Positions 9,091 through 17,502 of a stretch of 64,000 nucleotides of DNA are shown here, piece by piece. Every line of letters begins with the position of its first letter. Positions within the stretch are counted from its first letter, which is position 1. Under the pieces are notes generated by a model. The model did no database searches and had not been told where the DNA came from. It worked only from the letters and a program-made list of their open reading frames with translations. Source of the DNA: Candidatus Babelota bacterium (GTDB taxonomy: Bacteria > Babelota > Babeliae > Babelales > JABDEC01); assembly GCA_013286795.1 (NCBI GenBank), contig JABDFA010000001.1:38195-102194 (forward strand). Direction: 5' to 3'. The position numbers and the translations under genes were made by a program.

Positions 9091-10191
9091 ATGAAATTTA
9101 AAAATTCAATTAGTGTGTTAATTCTATTTTCTTTATGTAACAATCAGATCCATTCAATGGATCTGATCAAAAAAAGTATTAAAAATAATAAAAGGTTTGT
9201 TATTTGCGTTGCAATTGGAGGCTTAGCTTTAGTTGCAACTAAATTTATAAATTCAAAAAACAGTACTCCCAAAAATGTTTTTGGTGAACACATAGATAAG
9301 ATTAAACAGCCATTTACTTATAATGTCGTTTTATTTTTAATTGATTCTGGCAATTTTGGTACAAAGGATTTTCAAAACACGTCAGAAGCAGAACAAATTT
9401 GTGATAATCTAAATGATGCTCTAAAATTACAATGTGTATGTAAACAATGGCGAGAAATGTTCTCTGTAGATGTTATAGGTAATCTTTTAAAAAATAAGAT
9501 AGGCACTATTAAGATCAAAGAAGAAACTGAGGGATTAGCTATAATTGATTATACAATTTTACATCATGCCTTCAGAAATGGATATACCAATGTAGCAAAA
9601 TGTCTTATAATTTCAGGTTATGATGCCAATGCTAAATGCAAAAGACTAGATTTTAAATGGTACAAAGGCGCAGGACTCTCTACACATTTTATGAAATCTT
9701 TAAAAACATTTACTGGTTCTAATCTTGAAAATTATGTTAATAGAAATATAAAAGAATTATCAGAGTTTGAAATATTGCGTATCCAATCAAGAAATCACGA
9801 ATTTTACGTGAAACCTTTATTTTATGCTGTAATTAATAACCACCCCAAAACTGTTGAAAAATTAATACATTCAACTACCAATATCAATGAACCATTAAAT
9901 TATGAATTTAGTGTTCATATATGTGCTTATTACCCCAGAGGAAAAAAACCTTTCCTTGTTAAACGCCCAAAAGCTAGAAATAGTTTCATTGATATAACTC
10001 TAAAACTTTACTTAAATCTACTTGATATTGCTAAAATTAGGCAATACAGAGAAATTGAAAATATATTAGAAATTCATGGTGGAATTCATGCTTTAAATTA
10101 TGAAATTTCGCAAGAAGATCGAGACAAGCTTAATAAGTTAAAAGAAGAATGGCGAAATGAAGAAAGAAAGTCTTCTTTAGAGTATGTTTAA
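9091..10191 (+). CDS. F-box-like plus ankyrin-repeat protein with leader and TM segment
   Basis: '..ICDNLNDALKLQCVCKQWREMF' matches the C-terminal half of the F-box consensus (L..L..VCK.W..L). ANK-like repeats follow ('ILHHAFRNGYTNVAKCLIISGYDANAK', 'PLFYAVINNHPKTVEKLIHSTTNIN'). Confidence 0.7.
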   Translation: MKFKNSISVLILFSLCNNQIHSMDLIKKSIKNNKRFVICVAIGGLALVATKFINSKNSTPKNVFGEHIDKIKQPFTYNVVLFLIDSGNFGTKDFQNTSEAEQICDNLNDALKLQCVCKQWREMFSVDVIGNLLKNKIGTIKIKEETEGLAIIDYTILHHAFRNGYTNVAKCLIISGYDANAKCKRLDFKWYKGAGLSTHFMKSLKTFTGSNLENYVNRNIKELSEFEILRIQSRNHEFYVKPLFYAVINNHPKTVEKLIHSTTNINEPLNYEFSVHICAYYPRGKKPFLVKRPKARNSFIDITLKLYLNLLDIAKIRQYREIENILEIHGGIHALNYEISQEDRDKLNKLKEEWRNEERKSSLEYV

Positions 10192-10219
10192 TATGAAAAA
10201 TCAAGATGATTGAATAAAT

Positions 10220-10792
10220 TTAATCAATTTCTATTTCAAAAGCTTTTAACAAATCCAGAACTTCAGGAACAGAGAATTTGGCTTTCTTGATTACATTAAT
10301 TGTAGGGTCAATAAAATAATTTTTTGATTTTCTAAAATCTGATTTTGATAAGTTACATCTATTAAATATTGTTCCTGTAAGATCTGTCTCAGAAAAATTA
10401 GCTTCAATTAAATCAACATTGGTAAAATTAACATCTTTTAGCTTTGACCCCACAAATGAAGTTTTATTTAAGGACAATTTTTTAAAATCACAAAATTGTA
10501 ATATTGTATTATTAAAATTAAAAGATAATAAAGGTTTTTCACATTTAAAAAAGTCTAAACCAACAAGCTTACAATCTTTGAAGGTAACATCTTGGAATTT
10601 ACAATGGTCCAGGTTGATTAAATTAATGTTGCAATTGATAAATTCACAATCGTAGAAGTTCGCATAAGACCAGTCATTTTTTACAAAATTACACCTTTCA
10701 AAAATCATATTTTTTAGTGTATAGTTTTTGAAATCTTTATTAGTGTAATCTTTAGATCTAATTGTTTGATTTTCTAAAAATAATTCGTTCAT
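10220..10792 (-). CDS. Pentapeptide-repeat protein
   Basis: Continuous A(D/N)LxX-type five-residue periodicity is visible, e.g. 'ERCNFVKNDWSYANFYDCEFINCNINLINLDHCKFQDVTFKDCKL'. Confidence 0.85.
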   Translation of the reverse strand: MNELFLENQTIRSKDYTNKDFKNYTLKNMIFERCNFVKNDWSYANFYDCEFINCNINLINLDHCKFQDVTFKDCKLVGLDFFKCEKPLLSFNFNNTILQFCDFKKLSLNKTSFVGSKLKDVNFTNVDLIEANFSETDLTGTIFNRCNLSKSDFRKSKNYFIDPTINVIKKAKFSVPEVLDLLKAFEIEID

Positions 10793-11061
10793 TTACATTC
10801 AGTATAATCTTTTTTCCATTTTATTGTAATATGTTCCGTAGCTGTTTTTAAAGTATATCCAAACCACCGAAACCATAGAATTATATTTTTACCACCACAT
10901 ATTATTCCATTAGGATCTCTTCGGATATTAGAACAAAGTTCTTGAATGTATCCAGATTTTAGACGCCCATTTGGTGGAAATTCTACGCTTCTAATATCGC
11001 AGCGGTAAATCCTAAGGAAGCTATTTTGGATGTAAATTACTTTATTAATAAAATAAAAAAT
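10789..11061 (-). pseudogene. ATG-less 90-codon ORF translationally abutted (ATGA) to the pentapeptide gene. It is either a 5'-truncated remnant or uses a non-canonical start.
   Basis: My own translation of the minus strand reads '..YRCDIRSVEFPPNGRLKSGYIQELCSNIRRDPNGIICGGKNIILWFRWFGYTLKTATEHITIKWKKDYTECK*'. The frame is open from the TAG at 11062-11064 and contains no ATG/GTG/TTG. It is absent from the supplied ORF track. Confidence 0.3.
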
Positions 11062-11168
11062 CTAATTTCACAAGGACTTTAAACTATGAGTAACAATAAT
11101 CTACCAAGCAAAAGTGCACAAAGTGTACAAGATGCTTTAAATAAAAAAAGGGATTCAAGTATACAAAA

Positions 11169-12401
11169 TTAATTTTTATCATATTCATCAAGAGCATCAT
11201 TTAGAATCCGATTTAATTCTGTCGATGGATTAATTTTAACGATACCTGGTTCTGTAGGTGGATTAGAATATGCTTGATTGCTCCAGATTTTTATTTTTCC
11301 ATCATATGATCCTGATGCAAACGTATTTTCTGATAATGCACACAAGCTGGTAAGACCACTTTCATGGGCCTGAAAAGTTTTTATACATTTGCCGCTTTCT
11401 GTATCCCATATTTTTATGGTTTTGTCATAATATCCAGATATAGATACAACTATCTTAGTAGATAATACACATAAATGTTTTGCATCTGTTTCTAATGTTT
11501 TTTCACATTCACCTGTTTCTAAATTCCATATTTTAATCTTGCAATCATCATATCCTGAAACAAGTTTATTTTTTGATAGTATACATAATGTATGGATAGA
11601 ACTATTGTGATCCTTAAGTGTTTTTACGCATTCATTATTATTTAAGTTCCATATTTTTATTGTTCCATCATGTGATGCTGATGCTAATGAATTTTCGGAT
11701 ATGGCACAAAAAGCTGTAATGGAAGATTCATGCTCCGATAAAGTTTGCTCACATTTACCTGTTTTTAGATTAAATATTTTAATTGAATCTTGCTTGTATA
11801 AGTAATTATAAGGCTTATTTTCATGGAAGCTAAAAACAAGTTTATCAGAATTTAATATACATAATATACATTTACCAATATCATTAAATTCAAAAGTTCT
11901 TTCATGTCTACAATATAGCCAATCCTTTTTTACTAAGTCTAAAAAATCTAAATTCCATATATTTATTGTTTTTTTATGAAATGAATGTCCTGATATTAGA
12001 ATATTTTTTGAAGGCGAACATAAGGTATCAATTCGATTTCCCAAAAATTTGGTACTTATACAATTGTAAGTTCCTAAATCCCATATTTTTATGTATCCAT
12101 TATTTGATACTGCTGCTATTTTATTATCATCTAATTTACATAAGGAATCAACGACTTCAAAGCCACCAAGTTCTCTAGCTAATAATTCTTTGCATTCCCA
12201 TTTATCTTCTATTGGATCATATTCTTGAACTAATCTAGCTAAATCATCAATTAAATGCTGGGAAAGACATTCTTGGCGATATCCGGTGATTTTTTGAACT
12301 AATGCAGAAGATAAGTCTTCTTTTTCTTTTGATTCAGACATTGAGTTTATATTAAAAGTCACTACTGAAAGTAATAAAACTATTTTTAGTATATTATTCA
12401 T
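11169..12401 (-). CDS. Secreted WD40-repeat protein with an N-terminal F-box-like motif
   Basis: About seven repeats end in 'IKIWDL/IKIWNL/INIWNL/IKIFNL/IKIWDT'. The leader is MNNILKIVLLLSVVTFNINS. 'HLIDDLARLVQEYDP' lies upstream of the propeller. Confidence 0.85.
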   Translation of the reverse strand: MNNILKIVLLLSVVTFNINSMSESKEKEDLSSALVQKITGYRQECLSQHLIDDLARLVQEYDPIEDKWECKELLARELGGFEVVDSLCKLDDNKIAAVSNNGYIKIWDLGTYNCISTKFLGNRIDTLCSPSKNILISGHSFHKKTINIWNLDFLDLVKKDWLYCRHERTFEFNDIGKCILCILNSDKLVFSFHENKPYNYLYKQDSIKIFNLKTGKCEQTLSEHESSITAFCAISENSLASASHDGTIKIWNLNNNECVKTLKDHNSSIHTLCILSKNKLVSGYDDCKIKIWNLETGECEKTLETDAKHLCVLSTKIVVSISGYYDKTIKIWDTESGKCIKTFQAHESGLTSLCALSENTFASGSYDGKIKIWSNQAYSNPPTEPGIVKINPSTELNRILNDALDEYDKN

Positions 12402-12579
12402 ATTTGATACCCTTCATTCATTAAAATATTAATAATAAGCTTATATGTAATTATCAATTTGTCAAGAAAAGATCCTCGGTACAAATAGAATATTCGCTTG
12501 ACTTATATAATACTCATGATATTCTATTATTTAATAATTGTATATTTTTATTAAAAAATAGAACTGAAATAGGGGAACA

Positions 12580-13347
12580 ATGAGATATTTAAAATATTTA
12601 GTTTTTTCATTTATAGTAATTTCTTTTTCACAAACTATCAAACCTTTTGGGGCTGATTTGACTGAAGAAGAACAAATTGAGCTTGCAAAGCTAATGAGCT
12701 TGGAAGCTGAAAGCAAAAGAATTCAGGAAGAATCTAACAAAACAGAAGAAGACGCAGAGCTTAAAAAAGCTATTCAAATGAGTTTGGAATCTCAAGCTAA
12801 AGACAAAAAACATCTTTCTCAAGAAGAGCAAAAAAGGGTTAATGATATGCTTTGGGATGGGGTAAAGGCGAAAAATGCTGCATTGGTTAATAAAGCTTTA
12901 ACATCTGGAGCAAATTTCAATATCCTAATTCAATCTAATATCCCAATTCACTCTAAAATAACACCTTTAATATATTCTTCGAGTGTAGGCTATGAAGATA
13001 TTATAAAAACATTATTAGATGCTGGAGCAGATCCTAATATTAGAGATGATTATGGGAGAACATCTTTAATGTATGCTTCATTGTCTGGTTATGAAAGTGC
13101 AGTAAGGATGTTATTAGAAAACGGCGCTAATCCTAATATTATTGATGATGGTGGTGAAACTGCAGCAGATAAAGCTAAGAAAAACGGCTATAAAGCAATT
13201 GAACAAATATTAAGGGAAGCCCAAAGACAAGCAGTTAAAAAAGAAATTATTAAAAATACACCTTTGATTCCAGAATTTGCTGAAATAATTTCTGAATACG
13301 CTGAATGCCTCAAGCCTGAAAACTCAAAACGTAAGGAAATAAAATGA
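12580..13347 (+). CDS. Secreted protein with tandem UIMs, ankyrin repeats and the conserved C-terminal tail
   Basis: The two UIMs are 'TEEEQIELAKLMSLEAES' and 'TEEDAELKKAIQMSLESQ' (e-e-x-x-x-A-x-x-x-S-x-x-e pattern). ANK repeats include 'TPLIYSSSVGYEDIIKTLLDAGADPN', 'TSLMYASLSGYESAVRMLLENGANPN'. The tail is 'PLIPEFAEIISEYAEC'. Confidence 0.85.
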   Translation: MRYLKYLVFSFIVISFSQTIKPFGADLTEEEQIELAKLMSLEAESKRIQEESNKTEEDAELKKAIQMSLESQAKDKKHLSQEEQKRVNDMLWDGVKAKNAALVNKALTSGANFNILIQSNIPIHSKITPLIYSSSVGYEDIIKTLLDAGADPNIRDDYGRTSLMYASLSGYESAVRMLLENGANPNIIDDGGETAADKAKKNGYKAIEQILREAQRQAVKKEIIKNTPLIPEFAEIISEYAECLKPENSKRKEIK

Positions 13348-14195
13348 AAGTTGTTAAAATATTGTATTTAGGGGTATTTTTTAGTTGCATATTATCTAAT
13401 GCTGCAGAGTTAGAAGTAAAAGAAACAAATGAGCTTGATAGGCTTGAGAATTTTGTTCTATCATTTAATAAACAATTACATATTAATAAGCAGTTATTTA
13501 ATGCTATTTCAAAAGGTTCTTTAGATGATGTTAAAAAATCTTTGGAAAATGGTGCTAGCCTAACATCAATAAATTTATTAAAAGAATACAATACTCCTCT
13601 TTTTGCTGCTATTTATGCACCTATAACTGTCAATAAAATTCTGATAATTGAATTGCTGCTGAAAAAAGGTGCAAATCCAAATGACTCAGATGTAAAAGGT
13701 AAGACACCATTAAGTGCAGCATTGACTTTAAATGAAATTGTAAGAGAAGAGAGTAATCAAATTCCAGCTATAGTAAAACTTTTATTAGATTTTGGTGCTG
13801 ATGTAAATAAACCTTCTGGTGATGGATACACCCCTATTATGGAAGCTAGAAATAGAAGTACGCCTGATTTAATCAATTTATTGATCAAAAATGGAGCTGA
13901 CGTTAATGCTTATGAGGAAGAGGATGCTTCTACTGCTTTAATTCAAGCAGCAGAAAGAGCCGATAATGTAGCAGTAAGAGCTTTGTTATCTGCAGGTGCT
14001 GATATAAATCATAGGGATAATGAAGGAGAAACTGCGTATGAAGTTGCAGATAGACTTTGCAATGCCGAAACTGCTGAAATTATAAAAAGTTGGTCAGAGT
14101 TTATGCAAAAAGGGATAGAAAAAGAACTTTTTGAAATGGGCTATTCAGTTAATGATCTAAATAAAATTATTTCAAGCTATCTGTTTAATCTTTAA
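13344..14195 (+). CDS. Secreted ankyrin-repeat protein
   Basis: The start overlaps the upstream stop (ATGA). ANK repeats include 'TPLSAALTLN..', 'TPIMEARNRSTPDLINLLIKNGADVN', 'TALIQAAERADNVAVRALLSAGADIN'. The tail is 'VNDLNKIISSYLFNL*'. Confidence 0.85.
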   Translation: MKVVKILYLGVFFSCILSNAAELEVKETNELDRLENFVLSFNKQLHINKQLFNAISKGSLDDVKKSLENGASLTSINLLKEYNTPLFAAIYAPITVNKILIIELLLKKGANPNDSDVKGKTPLSAALTLNEIVREESNQIPAIVKLLLDFGADVNKPSGDGYTPIMEARNRSTPDLINLLIKNGADVNAYEEEDASTALIQAAERADNVAVRALLSAGADINHRDNEGETAYEVADRLCNAETAEIIKSWSEFMQKGIEKELFEMGYSVNDLNKIISSYLFNL

Positions 14196-14306
14196 AAAAG
14201 TAAATCTAAATAAGTGTATTTCTTAAACCACTCTAAAACCGGAACTTTTTACTTTGCCCTATACCTGTAATTTATCACTTTGCCATGACACTTTGTCACC
14301 AGAATA

Positions 14307-14336
14307 TTGACTTTTATATTTGTAATTATATATAAT
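14307..14336 (+). promoter_or_regulatory. Sigma70-like promoter for the 14374 ORF
   Basis: TTGACT, an 18-nt spacer, then TATAAT. AAGGAGG lies 6 nt before the ATG at 14374. Confidence 0.45.
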
Positions 14337-14373
14337 TTATTTAGTAAGAATATATAAAAAAAAGGAGGTAGAG

Positions 14374-14850
14374 ATGAAAAAGTTATTATTTATAATTTTT
14401 GTACTTTTTAATATAGGATTGAAAGGATCAGAAAACACAATTACTATACAAAATAAAACTAATGATCCCATAGAGGTAATTGATGCAGCTTTTTTACCAA
14501 AGAATTATTTCGGACCAAGTTCAAATGATTCAATATTTAATATACCAAACTATGAACCACCCAAGAATACAATTAAATCACTTAATGGGACTTCTAGTCG
14601 ATTCGACAACATTCCCTATTGGGATACAATACATATGATGCAAGTTCTGCACGATCATATTCTTGATACAATAGATGCAAATAGTACAAAAAAATTAGAA
14701 ATATCTAAAGATCAAAAAATATTGTTCGGACCAAAATCTACAGAATCAGTATCATCTCTTCTTGGCAAAGTAGAAGCAGGTAAAACTTATATTCTAAGTT
14801 ACACAAAAAAAATACATGGAATATTTACATTAAAAATAGAAATTTCATAA
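14374..14850 (+). CDS. Hypothetical secreted protein
   Basis: Strong RBS. The leader is MKKLLFIIFVLFNIGLKGS. No motif recognised. Confidence 0.5.
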   Translation: MKKLLFIIFVLFNIGLKGSENTITIQNKTNDPIEVIDAAFLPKNYFGPSSNDSIFNIPNYEPPKNTIKSLNGTSSRFDNIPYWDTIHMMQVLHDHILDTIDANSTKKLEISKDQKILFGPKSTESVSSLLGKVEAGKTYILSYTKKIHGIFTLKIEIS

Positions 14851-15008
14851 AACTATACTAACCTGCAAACATATATTAAGATCCATACTCTTCAGCACAG
14901 TACCAAAAGGACTGCTTTGTAAATTCTAATTGACATTTATATAAAACGCTATAAGCTTAAAAATATAGTGAATAGTTATTTAAATATACTTAATAATAGG
15001 GTGTCTCA

Positions 15009-15956
15009 ATGGAGATCAAAATAATAAAGGTTTTTACAATCTTTCTAGTTTTAGCTTTTTTCAATAATATAAGCAGTATGGGGCCTGGTATTTCTCCTAA
15101 TCAGCTTTTGATTGATAGTGCTGCGACTGGTGATCTTGAAGGCGTTAAAAATGCTTTGGAGCAAGGTGCAGATGTATATTATCAAGGTGGCAAATATAGA
15201 GAGAGTCGTTTCGATGACTTACCGGCAATTTTTTATGCTTGTGAAAGAGGACATTTAAATATTGTTGAATTTTTGGTTAAATCAGGCTTTGATCCTAACT
15301 TTGTTGAAGCTAGAAACTATACCCTTCTGGACTTTGCAATATGGAACAAACATACTAAAATCTTTGAATATTTAATTAAGAAAAACTTAACTAATCGTAC
15401 AAGAATAGTTAGCTATTTTAGTTTTTATGGATCTTATATTCCTCAGCTTGCAGTTTGGCATGGAGTAACTCCTTCTCGTTTAAGATACGAAAAAAACATT
15501 AGAGTAGTTATTCAAGATTTTGATCTAAAATTGAAAAAATGGTTATCTGAAAGAGATAGACAAATCAAAGAACTTTCAACTGTTGGGCGTGATAGTGAAG
15601 AAGGGTTACGCATAATAGAATCTTTGGAAAGTATCAAAAGTACTATATTAAGTATTTTAGATACCCAAGCTATTTTAAAAAAATTTGCATTAAGGCTTGC
15701 AAATCTTGAAAATAAAAGCTTTAAGGACATTGTTAAAAAAGCTAATCAGGTTAAAAAGAATAAGCTTAAAAACAAAATTAATGGATTAGGTATTTTACCT
15801 CATGTTATTGAAGATATGGTTGTTCAATATTCTTTATATCCAGAAAATTTTGAAGATTTCTTTAAGTTGTCAGATTATGAGCTTGATGATCTAGTCAAAA
15901 CCTACTCAGAGGAATTTGAAAAAAAAGAACGTGCTGAATCTTGTTTAATTATGTAA
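15009..15956 (+). CDS. Secreted ankyrin-repeat protein ending in a CaaX box (CLIM)
   Basis: ANK repeats include 'LLIDSAATGDLEGVKNALEQGADV' and 'PAIFYACERGHLNIVEFLVKSGFDPN'. An internal tail-like motif 'ILPHVIEDMVVQYS' is present. The C-terminus is 'RAESCLIM*'. Confidence 0.8.
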   Translation: MEIKIIKVFTIFLVLAFFNNISSMGPGISPNQLLIDSAATGDLEGVKNALEQGADVYYQGGKYRESRFDDLPAIFYACERGHLNIVEFLVKSGFDPNFVEARNYTLLDFAIWNKHTKIFEYLIKKNLTNRTRIVSYFSFYGSYIPQLAVWHGVTPSRLRYEKNIRVVIQDFDLKLKKWLSERDRQIKELSTVGRDSEEGLRIIESLESIKSTILSILDTQAILKKFALRLANLENKSFKDIVKKANQVKKNKLKNKINGLGILPHVIEDMVVQYSLYPENFEDFFKLSDYELDDLVKTYSEEFEKKERAESCLIM

Positions 15957-15975
15957 TAAGTTTCAAGTTTAAACT

Positions 15976-16119
15976 TTATATCAAATATTTCTTAAACCAA
16001 TCTAAGGCTAAATTAGCTGCTTGTTCTAAGGTTCCAGGTTCTTCAAATAAATGGGTTGCTTTTGGAACAATGGCGATTTCTTTTGTACACTTTAGTTTTG
16101 AATAAGCAATTTCATTTAA
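15976..16119 (-). pseudogene. 3' remnant of a dienelactone-hydrolase-type alpha/beta hydrolase
   Basis: My translation of the minus strand reads '..KEIAIVPKATHLFEEPGTLEQAANLALDWFKKYLI*'. There is no start codon and a TAA lies about 57 codons upstream. The 'ATHLFEEPG' C-terminus is, from memory, typical of the hydrolase usually found with the PRTase and erythromycin-esterase-like genes that flank this spot. Confidence 0.45.
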
Positions 16120-16191
16120 TTTTAAAACTATTTTTATTTTATACAAAAATATTTATATTTTTTAATATTAAAAAATAAGGGATATAATTTT

Positions 16192-17502
16192 ATGTCTTAT
16201 AAACCTGAAGTAATTGAAAATATTAAAAAATCTGCAGTTATTTTAGATGAAAAAGCTTATGATATTTTATTAGAAAAAATTGGGGATGCACAAGTAGTAC
16301 TTTTAGGCGAAGCGACCCATGGGACACATGAATTTTATGAAATTCGAGCTGAGATTACAAAAAAATTAATTTTACAAAAAGATTTTAATGCTATAGCAAT
16401 AGAGGGTGATTGGCCAGATGCTTATAATATAAATAATTATATACATCAAAAGAAATACAAAAATGCTCAGGAAGCTTTAGCTTCATTTGATAGATTTCCA
16501 ACATGGATGTGGAGAAATGTTTCTATATTAAAATTAGTTGAGTGGCTAAAAAATCATAATACAAAATCTAATGACCAAGTTGGCTTTTATGGACTTGATT
16601 TATATAGTTTATATAGATCAATAGATGCCGTAATTTTACATCTGGAAAAAATTGATCCAAAACTAGCACAAGAAGCTAGATATAAATATGCATGTCTAGA
16701 GCAATATCGTTATGATCCACAGGTATATGGATATTCAGTTTTTACAAAACTATCTGAATCATGTGAAAATGAGGTAATTGAAGTATTAAAGAAGCTTGAA
16801 GAACTTGAATGGAGATTTATAAAAGAGAAAAGGGAACAAGTAGATGAAGCTTTTTATATAACTCAAAATGGTAGAGTTGTTAAAAATTCTGAAAGCTATT
16901 ATCGTTATCTTTTTGTAAGTGAAATAAAAAATTGGAATCTCAGAGATTCCCATATGATGGAAACATTAGAAGAACTTATTAATTACTATAAAAAAAATGG
17001 TATTTCAAAGCCAAAAATTATAGTTTGGGCCCACAATTCACATATTGGAAATTCTAAGTTTACGCAAATGAGTAGTACAGGTGAATATAATATTGGCGAG
17101 CTTGTAAAAAATAAATTTGGCAACAATTCTTATAGCTTAGGATTTACAACTTATAATGGAACTGTTTCTGCTGCATCAGATTGGCATAGACCAGTAGAAC
17201 GTAAAATAATTAGAAATGCTTTATCAAATAGTTATGAGGAACTTTTTCATCAAGTTGAAATTCCACAATTTTTGTTAACACTTGAGGATAAGAATTTAGT
17301 TCCAAATGAATTGCTTGAAAGAGCCATTGGGGTTGTGTATGCTCCTCAAACTGAAAGATTAAGCCATTACTTTTATGCATCTTTGGCAAATCAATTTGAT
17401 GCAATAATCCATTGTGATAAAACTACTGCATTAGAGCCATTGGAAAAAAGTTCTGCTTGGATAGAAGGCGAGACTCCTGAAACTTACCCTTCAGGATTAT
17501 GA
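16192..17502 (+). CDS. Erythromycin-esterase-family (Ere/ChaN-like) protein
   Basis: 'VVLLGEATHGTHEFYEIRAEITKKLI..FNAIAIEGDWPDA' and 'IVWAHNSHIG' are characteristic of the family. Confidence 0.8.
   Translation: MSYKPEVIENIKKSAVILDEKAYDILLEKIGDAQVVLLGEATHGTHEFYEIRAEITKKLILQKDFNAIAIEGDWPDAYNINNYIHQKKYKNAQEALASFDRFPTWMWRNVSILKLVEWLKNHNTKSNDQVGFYGLDLYSLYRSIDAVILHLEKIDPKLAQEARYKYACLEQYRYDPQVYGYSVFTKLSESCENEVIEVLKKLEELEWRFIKEKREQVDEAFYITQNGRVVKNSESYYRYLFVSEIKNWNLRDSHMMETLEELINYYKKNGISKPKIIVWAHNSHIGNSKFTQMSSTGEYNIGELVKNKFGNNSYSLGFTTYNGTVSAASDWHRPVERKIIRNALSNSYEELFHQVEIPQFLLTLEDKNLVPNELLERAIGVVYAPQTERLSHYFYASLANQFDAIIHCDKTTALEPLEKSSAWIEGETPETYPSGL

Noticed and set aside
10419-15730. Shadow ORFs 10419-10655, 11966-12178, 12531-12716, 13310-13591 and 15512-15730.
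   Set aside because: Each is antisense to or overlaps a gene with clear repeat-domain signatures (pentapeptide, WD40, ANK).
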